In this document: positions 1 to 11,911 of the stretch, piece by piece | Layout of the letters: every line of letters begins with the position of its first letter | Position numbering within the stretch: the stretch's first letter is position 1 | Assembly: GCA_964019335.1 (NCBI GenBank) | Contig: OZ025662.1 | Location: 310,001-374,000, forward strand | Source of the DNA: Diplonema japonicum | Lineage: Eukaryota; Protista; Euglenozoa: Diplonemea | Length of the DNA stretch: 64,000 bases | Direction of reading: 5' to 3' | Position numbers and translations under genes: made by a program | Notes under the pieces: generated by a model | What the model was told of the DNA's origin: nothing | What the model saw: only the letters and a program-made list of their open reading frames with translations | The model's database searches: none

Positions 1-1
1 G

Positions 2-343
2 TCCTGCATGTTGGGAGTGCTGGTATTGTCAAAAGATGGCCGGCTCCTCACCCCCCCGCTCCACACTGTTCTAGCGTCCCTCACCGTTCAGAAAATCCTA
101 TCGTTTGAAAGCCAGCTGGTCCAAGAATGGGCCATCACCTCCGCTTCTGTTGAACCGATCCCCCTCGAGACCTGCCGTAAGGCGAAAGAGTTGATATTGG
201 TCGGTGGAGATACACACATCTTCCCCATCACCTCTTTAGACGGGGAGCCCATCGGGACAGGGTCACCAGGCACGGTTTACCACCACATTGTGGAGCTCAT
301 TAGGAAAGACTTTGAAACTGGTTCTGAGACGCATAATGTTTAG
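2..343 (+). CDS. PLP-dependent aminotransferase class IV (BCAT/D-amino-acid aminotransferase/ADC lyase fold), 3' part only
   Basis: Frame open from the window edge; LLTPP..VLASLT, AKELILVG and PITSLDGEPIGTGSPG match the class IV C-terminal motifs; stop TAG at 341-343. Confidence 0.75.
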   Translation, partial: SCMLGVLVLSKDGRLLTPPLHTVLASLTVQKILSFESQLVQEWAITSASVEPIPLETCRKAKELILVGGDTHIFPITSLDGEPIGTGSPGTVYHHIVELIRKDFETGSETHNV

Positions 344-792
344 GAGTCGTCGTGGGAGCACCGAGGATGATAAAAGTCATAAGAACCACCCCCCTCCACA
401 TCTCCCTGCGGTTTCAGAGGGATTTCAACAAAGAAAAGCCCGATTAATTTGGTTCTTTTCTTTTTTTTTTTTTTTTTCGTTCCCGTTTCTCCTCCTTTCA
501 ACCGAGTAGAATTCTGAAACCCCTCCAAACGTTTTCTTTCACTTTTTTTAACCTTCCCCTCCGATCCCCCCCCCCCCCCCCCCGATGCATGCTAAGCGAA
601 ACGAAGCAAGTGAGATGACCGCTTCTTTTTCGTTTCCCGCTTCTGTTCCATTTACTTTTAAAGAAGGACAAAAAAAAATAGGCAAGAAAAAAGCTTGTAC
701 CTGTCCCAAATTAACTTCTTCCCCCCTTCTCCCCCTCTGCATTGCCATCGTTATCAATTCAATTGCATCACAGGAGGGTCAGTTCCAGGAAG

Positions 793-2872
793 ATGAAGAG
801 ATGCCTTAGGGCGTTATCTTGCGGAAAGCGAGGGAAGAAGGAAAAGGAAGAAGAAAGTAAGAAAGAAGAACGACAGCGCCTTAGAGAAGGACGACCCGAG
901 GTGTCAGTGAGGACAGGCTCGCCAGTGACAGAGGGCTCCCCGAGGTTTAGATACCACAGTAGGAACAGTGGAAGTAGCGCGCCTGTGTCGGGGTCTGTCA
1001 AAGGATTCCACATAGGACCTGTGCCTTCTCCTAGCAGGAGAGGTGTATCAGGGTCTGGGTCGGGGATGGGGATGGGGATGAGCCGCAGCACCCCCACCTT
1101 GTCAGGCCCCAGCCCAGCTCCCGCACCCAGCTCTGTTCTACAACAACACCAGAGCCGCACAGGCAGCTACGAAACCTACATCTCCCGCAAAGACGCTCTG
1201 GTCAAGGAACTCCGCGAGGCTGCTGCCTCCATCCCACCACCCTCCTCAGCTTCTCTTATCGCAAGGTCCGTGTCCCGCGCCAGGTCATCGACACCTGTCC
1301 TCACACCAAGGAACCCCGACCAGGCGGCTGCACCTGCATCCATTCCATCAGCCACGATGCCCTCGATCAGCCCACCACAAGCAGTCCAGCCCACCATTCG
1401 CCAGCCATCGCAGCTGCGCGCACGAAGCAGCAGCAAAGAAAAGCTCGCGCCCGCAGCTGTGAATGACGAGGACGGCCCAGGGTATACAGATGTTCTTGAT
1501 GAGCTGCTGAAGAAACGTGCTTCGCAGCCCCACAGGTTCATCGACACAGACAAGAACGCGATCACCACAATTGGCTGCAAGGGTGCCGTGCCTCCTCCTG
1601 CTGCCCATATGAGGAAGCCAACTCCCCCACCTCCTGCAGCCCCGCCCTCGCAAGTGCCGGGCAAACCACTGGGCATCCCCCCTCCCCCCCCTCCTCCTCA
1701 GATGGACAAGATCCTTGCGGAGATCCAGGCGCATGGCGCGTCGAACCTGAAGCCGATGAAGGAGGCCAGCGTGTCCCCGATATGGGAGCTGCAGTCGACG
1801 CGCTCTGCCTCGCCAGTGGGCTGCCCGTCGACGTCGCTGCCGAGGACATCACATCAGGCGGCGCTGATGGAGCTGGTGTCGCCAAACGACAACAGGCAGT
1901 CGATCCAGAGGATATCGCTGGAGAGCAACAGGTCACAGGAGGTGAGGAGGTCGGAGCCACCGGCAATGCTCGCAGAGGCGTGGAGGGGCCCTTCGGCAGT
2001 GTGGAGGGACGGTTCGGTATCGCTTCCTCCTCAGGACGCGCACAACACGACACATGAAACGCATGTAACCCGGGAGACAGAGGAGACACAGGAGGTGGAA
2101 CTGTCATCAGGGTCACCGCTTGTATTGGACGACTCGCCGCAGCACAACTGCTCGCTGTCGACGTCGTCGATCCCGCCCTTCGTGGTGGCAGCGGGGGTGT
2201 CGCCAGCAGCAACACACCAGCCATCGTGCATCCCGCCTGCAGTACCAACAGAGGTGGTGACCCTTCGCCTGGACCACGGTGACGAGTACAAGGGAACGGT
2301 GAAGGCAGGTGTGCCGCACGGCAAAGGCGTCATGCGGTACACCAATGGGAACAGCTACGAAGGGGACCTCAAGGAAGGGCTGAAGTGGGGCAGGGGCGTC
2401 TTCTCCTGGAGGAACGGCGATTGCTACAAAGGGGAGTTTGTGAAGGACGTGTTCCACGGGCACGGGACCTTCACCTTCTCCAACTCGACGCAGACCTACA
2501 CAGGCGCCTTCAGGAACGGCATCTTCATAGGCCCCATGCCTGGTGCGGATGGAACAACACGGGCAACATCTTCTGACCCAGGAGCCCCACCGTCTCAAGC
2601 ACCGTCCCCTTCTGTGCATTACCCATTCTACCATAGGTCCGTTACTCCTGGTGACGAGGACCGTGGGGTGATACAACTTGACGTCTCTGCTCCTGATGCT
2701 GATGGACTGGCACCTTACTGGCCCGACTTGCCATGGAGTGAGGCCAATGATGAGGTGTGTTCGAAAATGAGATTGAGAAAAAAAAAAAAAAAAAAAAAAA
2801 AAAAAACAATAGAAGCCGAAGGGCAGCCGTGGCATCTACAACACTCTTCACTCCACACCGCAAGCACCTTAG
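793..2872 (+). CDS. Pro/Ser-rich protein with WH2-like motif and MORN repeats
   Basis: ATG 793. YxGxxxxGxxHGxG MORN repeats at ~2287-2532. Poly-Pro followed by MDKILAEIQAHGASNLKPM. Predicted intron 2755-2812 (GTGTGT..A-run..TAG) removes the poly-K and gives a last exon KPKGSRG..QAP*. Confidence 0.7.
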
Positions 2873-3437
2873 GGGTGGCTGTTTAAAATCGGGGAAAAAA
2901 ATTGTCAAGAAGATCAGAACCCATGAAATCAGGATGTTTGTTTTTCTTCATCTTTCGTTTTACTATTGTGCCGCCCTCTACCTCCCACTGTTAGATGTAC
3001 AGCGCCCCTTGTTTTTTTGCTTCTTAAAATAAGTTCTTTTTTAAAAAAAAAAGAAAACGAGGCAAGGCCATTTCGTAAGGAACAAATCCATTCAAAGCAA
3101 ATCGGATTCTTTCCCGCTCGTCCCTTCTCCCTTTTTTTTGTTCCCCATCCCCCCCCCTCCCACTTCCTCGAACCCTTATTCAAATACTGCTTTGGGTGTG
3201 TTGTGTTATTCAAACTTATTACCCCTCCCTTTTTTATAGATCTTTTTCTTTTGTAATGATACCACTATTATTCCTTCCCCCCCCCCCCCCCCACCTTGAA
3301 GCAGTAGCATATAAAGTAGATTTTGTAGAATTTCTTTTTTTTTTTTATATATTTCCCGTTTTATTTTCTATATTTCCCCGTGCATCCTTCACAATTCTAA
3401 CAAACAAAAGGTGTGAGAAACAAACAAAAAAAAAAAA

Positions 3438-4385
3438 ATGTCGATAATAAATAAAGATCTTTTGGTCAGCAATTTGGAGACGTACAAAGTGCGGCAAGAT
3501 TTCGCCCGCGAAGTGTCTGTTGTGAAAATCCCTGCAGGGTTTGGAGGAAGGCTGGTGGTGTCCGACGACACAGACGAGGTGTACATTGTGAAGAATGGGA
3601 CCAGCTACGATCTAAACGGGACAGAGCGAGCAACAGCTCAGAAGAGGTACCAAGACTCACTCGACGAAAGGGTTTTGGTGGAAAACCAAGACGGCACAGC
3701 TGTTGTAACAAATCGAAGAGTCGTGAACACAACAACAGGAACAGAGCTCAAGGAAGGCGAGGACACATGGAACGACTCCGCCGTTCTTATCAACGGCAGG
3801 ATTTTAGCAGTAAATGCGGAACATTCGGAAACGTGCGACGAACCAAACCAAGTGAAAAAACTTGTAACCTTTACCGAAGAGGACGGTACCTGGACTAAGC
3901 AAGTTTTGGACACCGAATCCCTTGCTGTTCTTAGCCTTGACCCTTTTAACAAAATGGCAGTTTTGGGGTTTCTCACCGATGTGGCTTTGTGCACCATCGA
4001 TGGTACCACGGTGTCGCATCATAGCCACTTTGAAGGTTTTAAACTGATGGCAACTACACGCCCCACGCCGGCTGTTGTGTCATTTAGCGTACCTTCGCAG
4101 GTGTACGGGGTTATTTCTGAGTTTTCCGGATTCACGATTTTCTCTCGAGCCTCGCGGACGGCGCCCATAGGGAATCAGATTACCTTCCCGCTTCCTGATG
4201 GGTTGCTTTCTGTGTTCTGTCGGGAGACTCCTACTGGTTGTACGGTGCTTGCGCTTACTACGTCTTCCTTGCACACTTTCGAGGTTGCGCACCCCACAGA
4301 ACCGCAGCCTATCGATAACGGTGCCGTTGACACTGCCGCTCTGGCGAGGATCAACGCTGTTTTGTCTGCGGGTGGTGAGTGGTGA
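3438..4385 (+). CDS. NudC domain-containing protein 1-like (truncated, beta-propeller parts)
   Basis: N-terminal INKDLLVSNLETYKV and C-terminal HHSHFEGF..YGVISEFSGFTIFSR..VLALTTSSLHTFEV resemble both ends of NUDCD1; ATG follows an A-rich leader. Confidence 0.5.
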   Translation: MSIINKDLLVSNLETYKVRQDFAREVSVVKIPAGFGGRLVVSDDTDEVYIVKNGTSYDLNGTERATAQKRYQDSLDERVLVENQDGTAVVTNRRVVNTTTGTELKEGEDTWNDSAVLINGRILAVNAEHSETCDEPNQVKKLVTFTEEDGTWTKQVLDTESLAVLSLDPFNKMAVLGFLTDVALCTIDGTTVSHHSHFEGFKLMATTRPTPAVVSFSVPSQVYGVISEFSGFTIFSRASRTAPIGNQITFPLPDGLLSVFCRETPTGCTVLALTTSSLHTFEVAHPTEPQPIDNGAVDTAALARINAVLSAGGEW

Positions 4386-4422
4386 TCGTCAGACAACTGA
4401 AAACTTATTTTTTTTTTTTCTC

Positions 4423-4467
<45 letters not shown>

Positions 4468-5144
4468 ATTTTTTACCCTCCACGCACGCGTTGCGAACTG
4501 GCTTGTCCTCGACTGTCCATTCTCTGATTGAAATGGATCTTCCGCCCGCGGCATCCGGCTGAGCTTTTTCACCACCTAGTCGTCGATGATGTCGCAATGG
4601 TGCTCACAGTGCCCGGTCCCTCGATCACGCCGCTCCTCGGGTAGGGCGTGTGTCCAGTACACGTCGCTGTCACCCGTCAAAGGAGAAAAAAAAAAAAAAA
4701 AAAAAAAAAAAAACGAATTTTTTGGTTCGGTTCTAACCTCTGATGAAAAAAAAAAATTTTTTTTTTGTCTTTTGCCCCCTCCCCGCGGACTCTGGGTTTG
4801 TTTTTCTTTGTTCTCTTTCTTCACCCCGTTCTTTTCTGTCTTCACCCTCGTTTAGCTCCTTTTTTTTCTTTTTTTCCATCCTTACTTTTTTTTTCCTTTC
4901 CCCCCTCCACCTTGCCCTTTTTTCAAAAAAGAAAAAAGAAAAGGTGTAAAGTGCCAAACAATCAGCAAAGCTTGTGGAATGAGAACACCGGTCACGAGTA
5001 CCCGAGCAACCGGTGAGTGTCTCGAGACACTTCCAACCCACCTAGTGGGTGCGGCGAAAAAGAAGTAGAATTTAAAAAAGATTTTTTAAAAAAAAAAGGA
5101 AATAAATAACGAACAACAACTAAATTTAAAAAAAAGAAAAAAAA

Positions 5145-6014
5145 ATGTCTGGAAACTGTCTCCGAAATGCGAGCAACGAGATCGTGACCACCGAATGGGA
5201 GGACATCCAGTACAAGCACGGGAACAAGGTGTGCAAAAGGGGAGAAGAAAGAAAAAAAAAAAAAAAATAGGTAGGAAAGTACGCGACACAAGAAGAAGAG
5301 ATCAACAGACAGAAACAAATGACAGACATGATAGAGGAGGCCATCGACAACTACGACCCGCTGGAGCACAGGACGATGGAGGAGGTATTGGATTTTCTAC
5401 TACTACTACCTGACACACAACCACAGCTCGATGAAATGCTGCAAGAAGACGGCCGTGGGGACGACGATGAGGACGCAGTGGTGGCCTACAGAAGGCTGAG
5501 ACGTCAAGAAATGCTGGAGAAGCAACAGGGGCACAGGTTCGACGGCATCAGAATGATCACTAAGCCCGAGTACGTGGACGAGGTGAGCAAGGCAGCAGAA
5601 GGTGTGTGGGTGGTCTGCTTGTTGATCGAAGAAGGAAACGTGAAATGTATGAAATTAATGAAGCCGATGGGAGAGGTGGCCGAACAACACCCAAATGTGA
5701 AATTTGTGTCCATCAAATCGACGGATGCCGTGGAGAACTTCCCCAAGGCGAACCTTCCCTGTGTTCTCATGTACAACTCGGGTGAGATGAAACGGCAGCT
5801 TGTTGGGCTTCAGGCTTGGGCCGAAGAGGGCCGCAACCCAACTGTCGACTCTGTTGAGTCCGCTTTGCGTCTCGCCGGCCCCTTGCGTTCAGCCAAACCC
5901 CGCTCTTCATCCGACTCGGAGGATGAAGATGATGAAGACGAAGTCGAACGCGGCCCCTCCGCCATGGGCAGGCAAGGCCGCCAGTCTGGCCGATCAAAAT
6001 TTTCTCTGATGTGA
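5145..6014 (+). CDS. Phosducin-like protein (PhLP2/PDCL3 type)
   Basis: Exon 1 has TTEWEDIQYKHGN; thioredoxin-like part has YVDEVSKA..VWVV, HPNVKFVSI, NFPKANLP. Introns 5229-5270 and 5385-5426. Confidence 0.88.
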
Positions 6015-6296
6015 GCAAAAAATATATTGGAAAAAAAAATTTTTTTTTCTTTTTTATCCCTTTGTGCCGTTTTTTTTTTTTATTTTTATTATTTCCCTAG
6101 CAAAAATTTTCCTTAGTTTGAATTTTTTTTTGTCTTTTTTTTTTTGTTTTTTTTTTTTTTTTTTCCCTCACTCTTCGCGGCTAGTTAGTTTTTTTTTTTC
6201 CCTTTTTCTTTTTTACGCTATAAATAACTATTTAGTTTCAAAGAAGAAAAAAAAAGAAGAAAATTCTGTTAAAACCCTTCAATCAGGCTATGGTAG

Positions 6297-9200
6297 ATGG
6301 GATGCGTAATATTGAGTACGAGCTTAGTGGCCGTGCTTGGCCAGGTAAACAGCTGCGACGACGGGTGGGCGGGAATAGAGTGTGGTGTGAGGTGTGAAAC
6401 ATGCTCACACGGCACGAGCAGCTGCGGCTCAGAAGGCAACGGACAATGCGAGTGTCTAGAAGGGTGGACCGGTGCTTTGTGTAACCAAGGCACAGGCATT
6501 GCAGGACGAGCAAAACCCGCTTGCTGGTGTGTGCCCGGCACACCTGACACATGCCCACCCAACTCATGCACCCCCTCACCAGAACCTCTAATCAATGATA
6601 GACTAGCCTTCTCCACCACCTCACCTATACAAGACATAGATATCTTCACTTCAACTATAGAGTCAGCCCTGTGCACAGGAAACTGCACAACTGTAACGGC
6701 ATACCAACTATCGACAGAGATGACAGGTGACACGGCGTCTTACTTGATAAAGCTGGGCAACCCTCCCGATGCAACAACCTTGCAAGAGGTCTTGCTGGCG
6801 ATTCAAGAGCATCTGACAACACTAGATACTGTTGAGAAGCTGTCCATCACACTGCTATGCGAAGGGTCCTTCGATGGGCCGTGTTCAACGGCTACAGTGA
6901 CGGTCAGCAACGAGGAAGCGTCGGGAGGGAATGGAAAGGTGACGCACCTTCTTGTAAAAATAACGGACGAGGAGGCAACAAACCCCACAACCAAACAAGA
7001 CATCACCACATCAATGGACGTCTGCTGGTGTGCTGTGGGTGAAGGCTGTCAATCAAAAGAGCTCAGCTGTTCCATCACCTCTACCGATATCATGCTCAAC
7101 ACAACCCATCTACTCATCACTGGGATGAACCGCAGCGACACCGACCTTGCTTTACGCGAGATATTCAATTCCTGGAAGCTCCCGATGTGGATTCAATTAA
7201 TATGCGATTCGTCTGTTAACTGCAACGACACGATTCGTGCCACCATAGACAACTCAACAGACACACTGTCATCGACGTCGACTGTGACAGCATCTTTGGT
7301 CACACCTACTGAGATTGTTGTTGTTGACACCCCTACGCCGCCTGTTTTGTTGCGCAACCTCATCGTCGTCTTGAGCTTCACAACCGAAATCGATTTTAAT
7401 GACGGGCAGAAAAGTATCTTTCGAGGTGAGCTTTCCTCCGCAGGGGCGTGCTACTGTGCAAAGCCCTGCCCTGTCCAGCGGTGTTCAATTTCCTCCGACC
7501 AAATTATTATCAGCGACTACGCAATGAAATCCCCCGGCGCGTTACACGTCATGGTGACAGTGGCGGAGCACAACAGCACTGATATCCATTCCATCCTCAC
7601 GGAGATTTGGACTGTTTGGGATGCCGGTTCGTTTCAGTGGGACAAGGTAATGTTTATCGCAAGGTGTTACCTCGATTGCGAAGCCGTCCCGAAGTACACG
7701 CTGGAGCCCACGAGCGAGCCGACCGTGGAAACGCCTGTCCCGGTTTTGCTTGGACATTTCGTTCACGAGCTGCAGTTCGACCTTGATTTCCAAAACCCAA
7801 ACGATTTCATCATCGGAACCTTCAGGTCTGCGCTCACCACGGCATTGCAAACATGCTGGTGTGCAGACACCTGCACATCTCAGATAACCTGCCCGCCGCT
7901 CAGCTTCGACATCAACCCCAAGACAAGCACCGTAGCATCGTCACTCCCTGTCACCGTCTCTACAAATGCTTCCTCGTACCAGTTGCAACATCTTGCTCTC
8001 ACGGCCATCTTCTTACAATGGAAGCAAGGGACGCTCACCTATACAGACATCCAAACTATCACAAGACTGTGCTACGAGACGTGTCTTGCCTACACCCCAC
8101 CACCGCCTGACTATAACATTGAAAGTGTGCGCTGTGTTCTCGTCTACGACGCTGTACAGTTCAGCAGGTATTTTAAAGGGGAAACGAGGAGTATTTTCTT
8201 TTTTATTTCCTATACAGTTATGTGCAGCACTTCAAGACAGCCATTCTTACCGCCATGCACCCTTGTTGGTGCTCCCCTGCGCTGCTTGATCCCGACACCT
8301 GCACTTGCAATTTAGATGCTGTGCTCTTGGTGGTCAAGGCAATCACGCCTTCCTCTAGGAAGGCTGCCTTGCTTGGAGCCCGCGTCACCGTCACTGTCGA
8401 GATCACAGGGTTTTCTGCGAGTGTTACAATGAGCGGTCTCGCTGAGATACTGCGAGTGGCACAGTACTTGGTGTGTAGCAGATATTAATGTTTTCTTCTT
8501 CCTTTTTTTTTTTTTTTTAATTCAATTCACAGCCCACCATTGTGGAAGCAGTGCCTATTTGTTCGACTGCAACTTGTGTCATCCCTGACACAGTCTCAGT
8601 CCCCACCCCCCCGCCACCTGACTCGAAGCTCTTCGAGTACTTGACGTGTGTCCCTGCCGTCTCGACTCGTGTATCGGATGTCGTCACCGATGCCCTTGTG
8701 ATCATGTCCAACTACACTGAAGAACACCCGTGCTGGTGCACAGGGGACACCTCAGCAGGGTGTGTGGACTGTCAGGTGTCAGAGGCAGATGTGAATCTGA
8801 CCTCGAGTGGCCCTATCTGGCAGCTCTCCTTCAAGCGGCTTCTCCCACCTGCTCGCAGCACTGCGTTGCGCGTTATCTACAATGCGTGGTCCGAGAATGG
8901 AACGGTATGCAGCGTGGTCCCTATCACCGCACTACAGGCGTGGCTTGCTTCCTTTGATGCTTTGTGCTACGGCACTTGTGACCTGCCAACCCAGGAGCCT
9001 ACTCTGGCGCCCGTTCCAATGGACACAGCGGCACCCCGCACTGTGGTTCCTACTGTTGCCCCGACCCCTGCACCCCCCCAGACAAAAGCGCCGCCCCCGC
9101 CGCCTACCACGAACTACCCCGAGAGTCCTGTCGACGTTTCCCTCTCGATGGAGGTATGTACATGTGCACCGCACACCTTCGCAGATGTGGATCTGGTACG

Positions 9201-10238
9201 CGTTGATCTGCACGTGCGTCTGTGCTGTGTTCGCAGGTGTAGCCGCCACGTGTTTGTATGTGTTCAGTATAGCGACCGACACCACTGCACAGGGAGCTCA
9301 ATAACTTTACAGCAATTCATGAAGTAGGTGGTAACCAGGACCATGGACAGAGCTTGCAACAAGGGCAGATGGGACAACAAGAGCAGCCCAAGTTCGTAGG
9401 CGACGCGGAGAGCGACGAGGACAACATAGAAGTGGCGGTGAACGCGTTCGGGAATGAGGCTGTGCCAGCGGCGGAGCAGCTGCCCGCAGACCAGCCGAAA
9501 ATGGGGATCATCGAAAAACTGGATATGCTAAAAGAGCAGAATAAGCAAGTAGCGAGACCGGCACCGACTCCGTTGGCGCTGCTGGATGATTCGGAAGAGG
9601 AGTCAGAGGATGACGATGACAGACGGCACCGCGAGAAAAAGGAGCGAAAGAAGGAAAGGAAGGAGAAGAAGAGGGAATCGAAGCTGTCTATCAAATCGGA
9701 CAGAACCGACAAAAAAGACTCCCGCAGCAGGTCTAGCAGCAAGTCTCAAGTTCTCGAGGCTACGATCGAGGTGGTGACAACCCCGCGAAATGCAAGGGGG
9801 TCCGTGAAGGGTTCCTCTGTGGAGGAGAAAGAGATCCCTGCACCCGTACCTGTTGTGCAAGATGGCGATGATGAAGAAGAAGAAGAGGAGGATAGGAAAT
9901 CGCACAAGTCCAAAAAGGAAAAGAAGGCTAAAGATGGTGAAGATGATGAAGAGAGAAAGAAGAAAAAAGCGGAAAAGAAGGAGAGGAAAAAGCGGCGATC
10001 TTTGGAAGGGACCGTTGACATGGAGGAGGAGCTGAGGAAAAAAGAAGAAAAAAAACGGAAAAAACAAGAACGGAGGGAGGCAGAGGAAGCAGACCCCGAA
10101 GCGAGGAAAAAAAGAAAGGAGAAGAAGGAAAGAAAGAAAAGCCTGCAAGAAAAAGAACCGAAAGAAAAAAAAGAAAAGAAACGAAAGAAATCCAAGCATG
10201 AAGGGCAAGAAGAGGGTACCAGGGAAGAAGAACCCTGA
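6297..10238 (+). CDS. Large type I membrane protein: signal peptide, EGF-like domain, repeated CWC-containing modules, TM helix, Lys/Glu-rich tail
   Basis: Five track ORFs join in frame through GT-AG introns 8168-8217, 8471-8532, 8905-8937 (in-frame), 9154-9184 and 9256-9292. EGF motif CECLEGWTGALC; TM MWIWYALICTCVCAVFAGVAATCL. Confidence 0.72.
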
Positions 10239-10907
10239 GAACTTTGATATAAAAAAAAGAGTATTTGAGGCTTACCTCCCTCCAGTCCCACCTTGCTTAT
10301 TTGTACAGTATTACATTATTACAGATAGTACATCCGGCTTTCCATTCAAGGAACTTCTTCTCCCTTCCCCCTGTTCAATGTTATTCGTCACTCTTCGATT
10401 CTTTTACAAGAAGCGAGAATAGAAGAAAAATAGAAGGAAAAAAAAAAGTCAGAAGGTTTTCAAGATTTCTCTTGGTACGGAAGGGGAAATAAATTTATTT
10501 TCGGAGTTTTTGAAGGCATCCCCCCCCCCTCCCCCCCAGCCGAGGACATCTTCCGAATGCCTATTTCTTCTCCCCCCCCCCCTCACCTTATTTATCTCTT
10601 TTATTGTTCTTTTAAGAACCAATACACATTATGAGTCTAGTTTTCTTTTTCTTTTATTTTTTTTCCTTGCCCATTTACACCTCCCCCTCCCCCCTCCCAC
10701 TAAATTATTATTCCCCCCCCCCATCTCTAAAACCTATCTGGTCAATCTTGTGGACTTGCGAAAAAAAAAAAAAAGAAAGACTGCTCGTGTTCAATCATTG
10801 AAGTGCGTCGTGAATCGAGGTCATTGCAGTCCAATTTTGAAGAAAAAAAAAAAGAAAAAAAAAAGAAAAAAAAACAGCAACAGGACGGGTGAGTGATTTC
10901 TTTCTTC

Positions 10908-11753
10908 ATGTCTAGCTGCCCCGATATGCTGAAGTATGTTCCGCGTGCCCCTCCCCGTGAGGTCACTGCGGAAGACTTCGAGTTAGGTGAGTTTCTAGGA
11001 AAGGGCACCTTTGGGCTGGTTCATGTTGCCCGTGACAGACTGACAAATGGTTTGGTAGCGTTGAAGAAGATATCGATAAAGGAGATCGTGGAAGCGAACA
11101 TGAAGGAACAGCTTGTGAGGGAACTCAAAGTGATGCAGCGGTTGAGCCACCCGAACGTGCTGCGCCTCTACACGTACTTCGTGGAAGCGAACCACATTGT
11201 GTTGGTGGTTGAATATGCCCCCAAGGGGGACGTGTACAGTTTGCTCACCAATGAAAAACAGCTTTCTCTCAGAAAAACTGCCAAATTCGTCGCACAACTC
11301 ACGGCAGCCTGCAGCTACGCCCACAAGCACGGTGTTGTCCACAGAGACATCAAACCGGAGAACCTTCTTCTTGATATCAATGGAAATCTCAAGCTCGCGG
11401 ACTTCGGGTGGTCAGCCTTCATCACTGCCAGTGGCACCCGGGGGACATATTGTGGCACCCCCGACTACATCCCTCCTGAGATGGAGTCACGTGAGAAGTA
11501 TGGCTTCACAGTGGACAACTGGTGTATTGGTGTTTTCGCTTATGAGTGCCTCTTCGGGGACCCGCCTTTCGATTCGTCTGACGATGTTACCCGTGCCAAG
11601 AAGATCCTCGCACAGGAGTACTCGTTCCCCCCCAAGCCTGTCCTCCCAGAGGAGGCCTACGATCTCATCCGCAACCTCCTCACCGGCGACCCGGAGAGGA
11701 GACTGTCCCTTGACGACATCTTGTCACACCCCTTCATTGTCAAGTACGCGTGA
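10908..11753 (+). CDS. Aurora-family Ser/Thr kinase, copy 1
   Basis: FELGEFLGKGTFG, VALK, HRDIKPENLLL, DFGWS, TYCGTPDYIPPEM. Start codon uncertain. Confidence 0.9.
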   Translation: MSSCPDMLKYVPRAPPREVTAEDFELGEFLGKGTFGLVHVARDRLTNGLVALKKISIKEIVEANMKEQLVRELKVMQRLSHPNVLRLYTYFVEANHIVLVVEYAPKGDVYSLLTNEKQLSLRKTAKFVAQLTAACSYAHKHGVVHRDIKPENLLLDINGNLKLADFGWSAFITASGTRGTYCGTPDYIPPEMESREKYGFTVDNWCIGVFAYECLFGDPPFDSSDDVTRAKKILAQEYSFPPKPVLPEEAYDLIRNLLTGDPERRLSLDDILSHPFIVKYA

Positions 11754-11805
11754 AAAGGGGATTCGAATTGTTTACACATATTGACTCCATCTTCCATCTT
11801 TTTTT

Positions 11806-11837
<32 letters not shown>

Positions 11838-11911
11838 TTTTTTAATTTCTTGAGACCCCGTTTCTGTTAATTTCTTCCGTTTTGTTACCTTCATAACTTC
11901 AGGACGACAGT

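Noticed and set aside
10779-10831. Small hairpin GACTGC..GCAGTC upstream of Aurora copy 1 (also 48802-48839)
   Set aside because: Short stems with no snoRNA boxes; compatible with chance.
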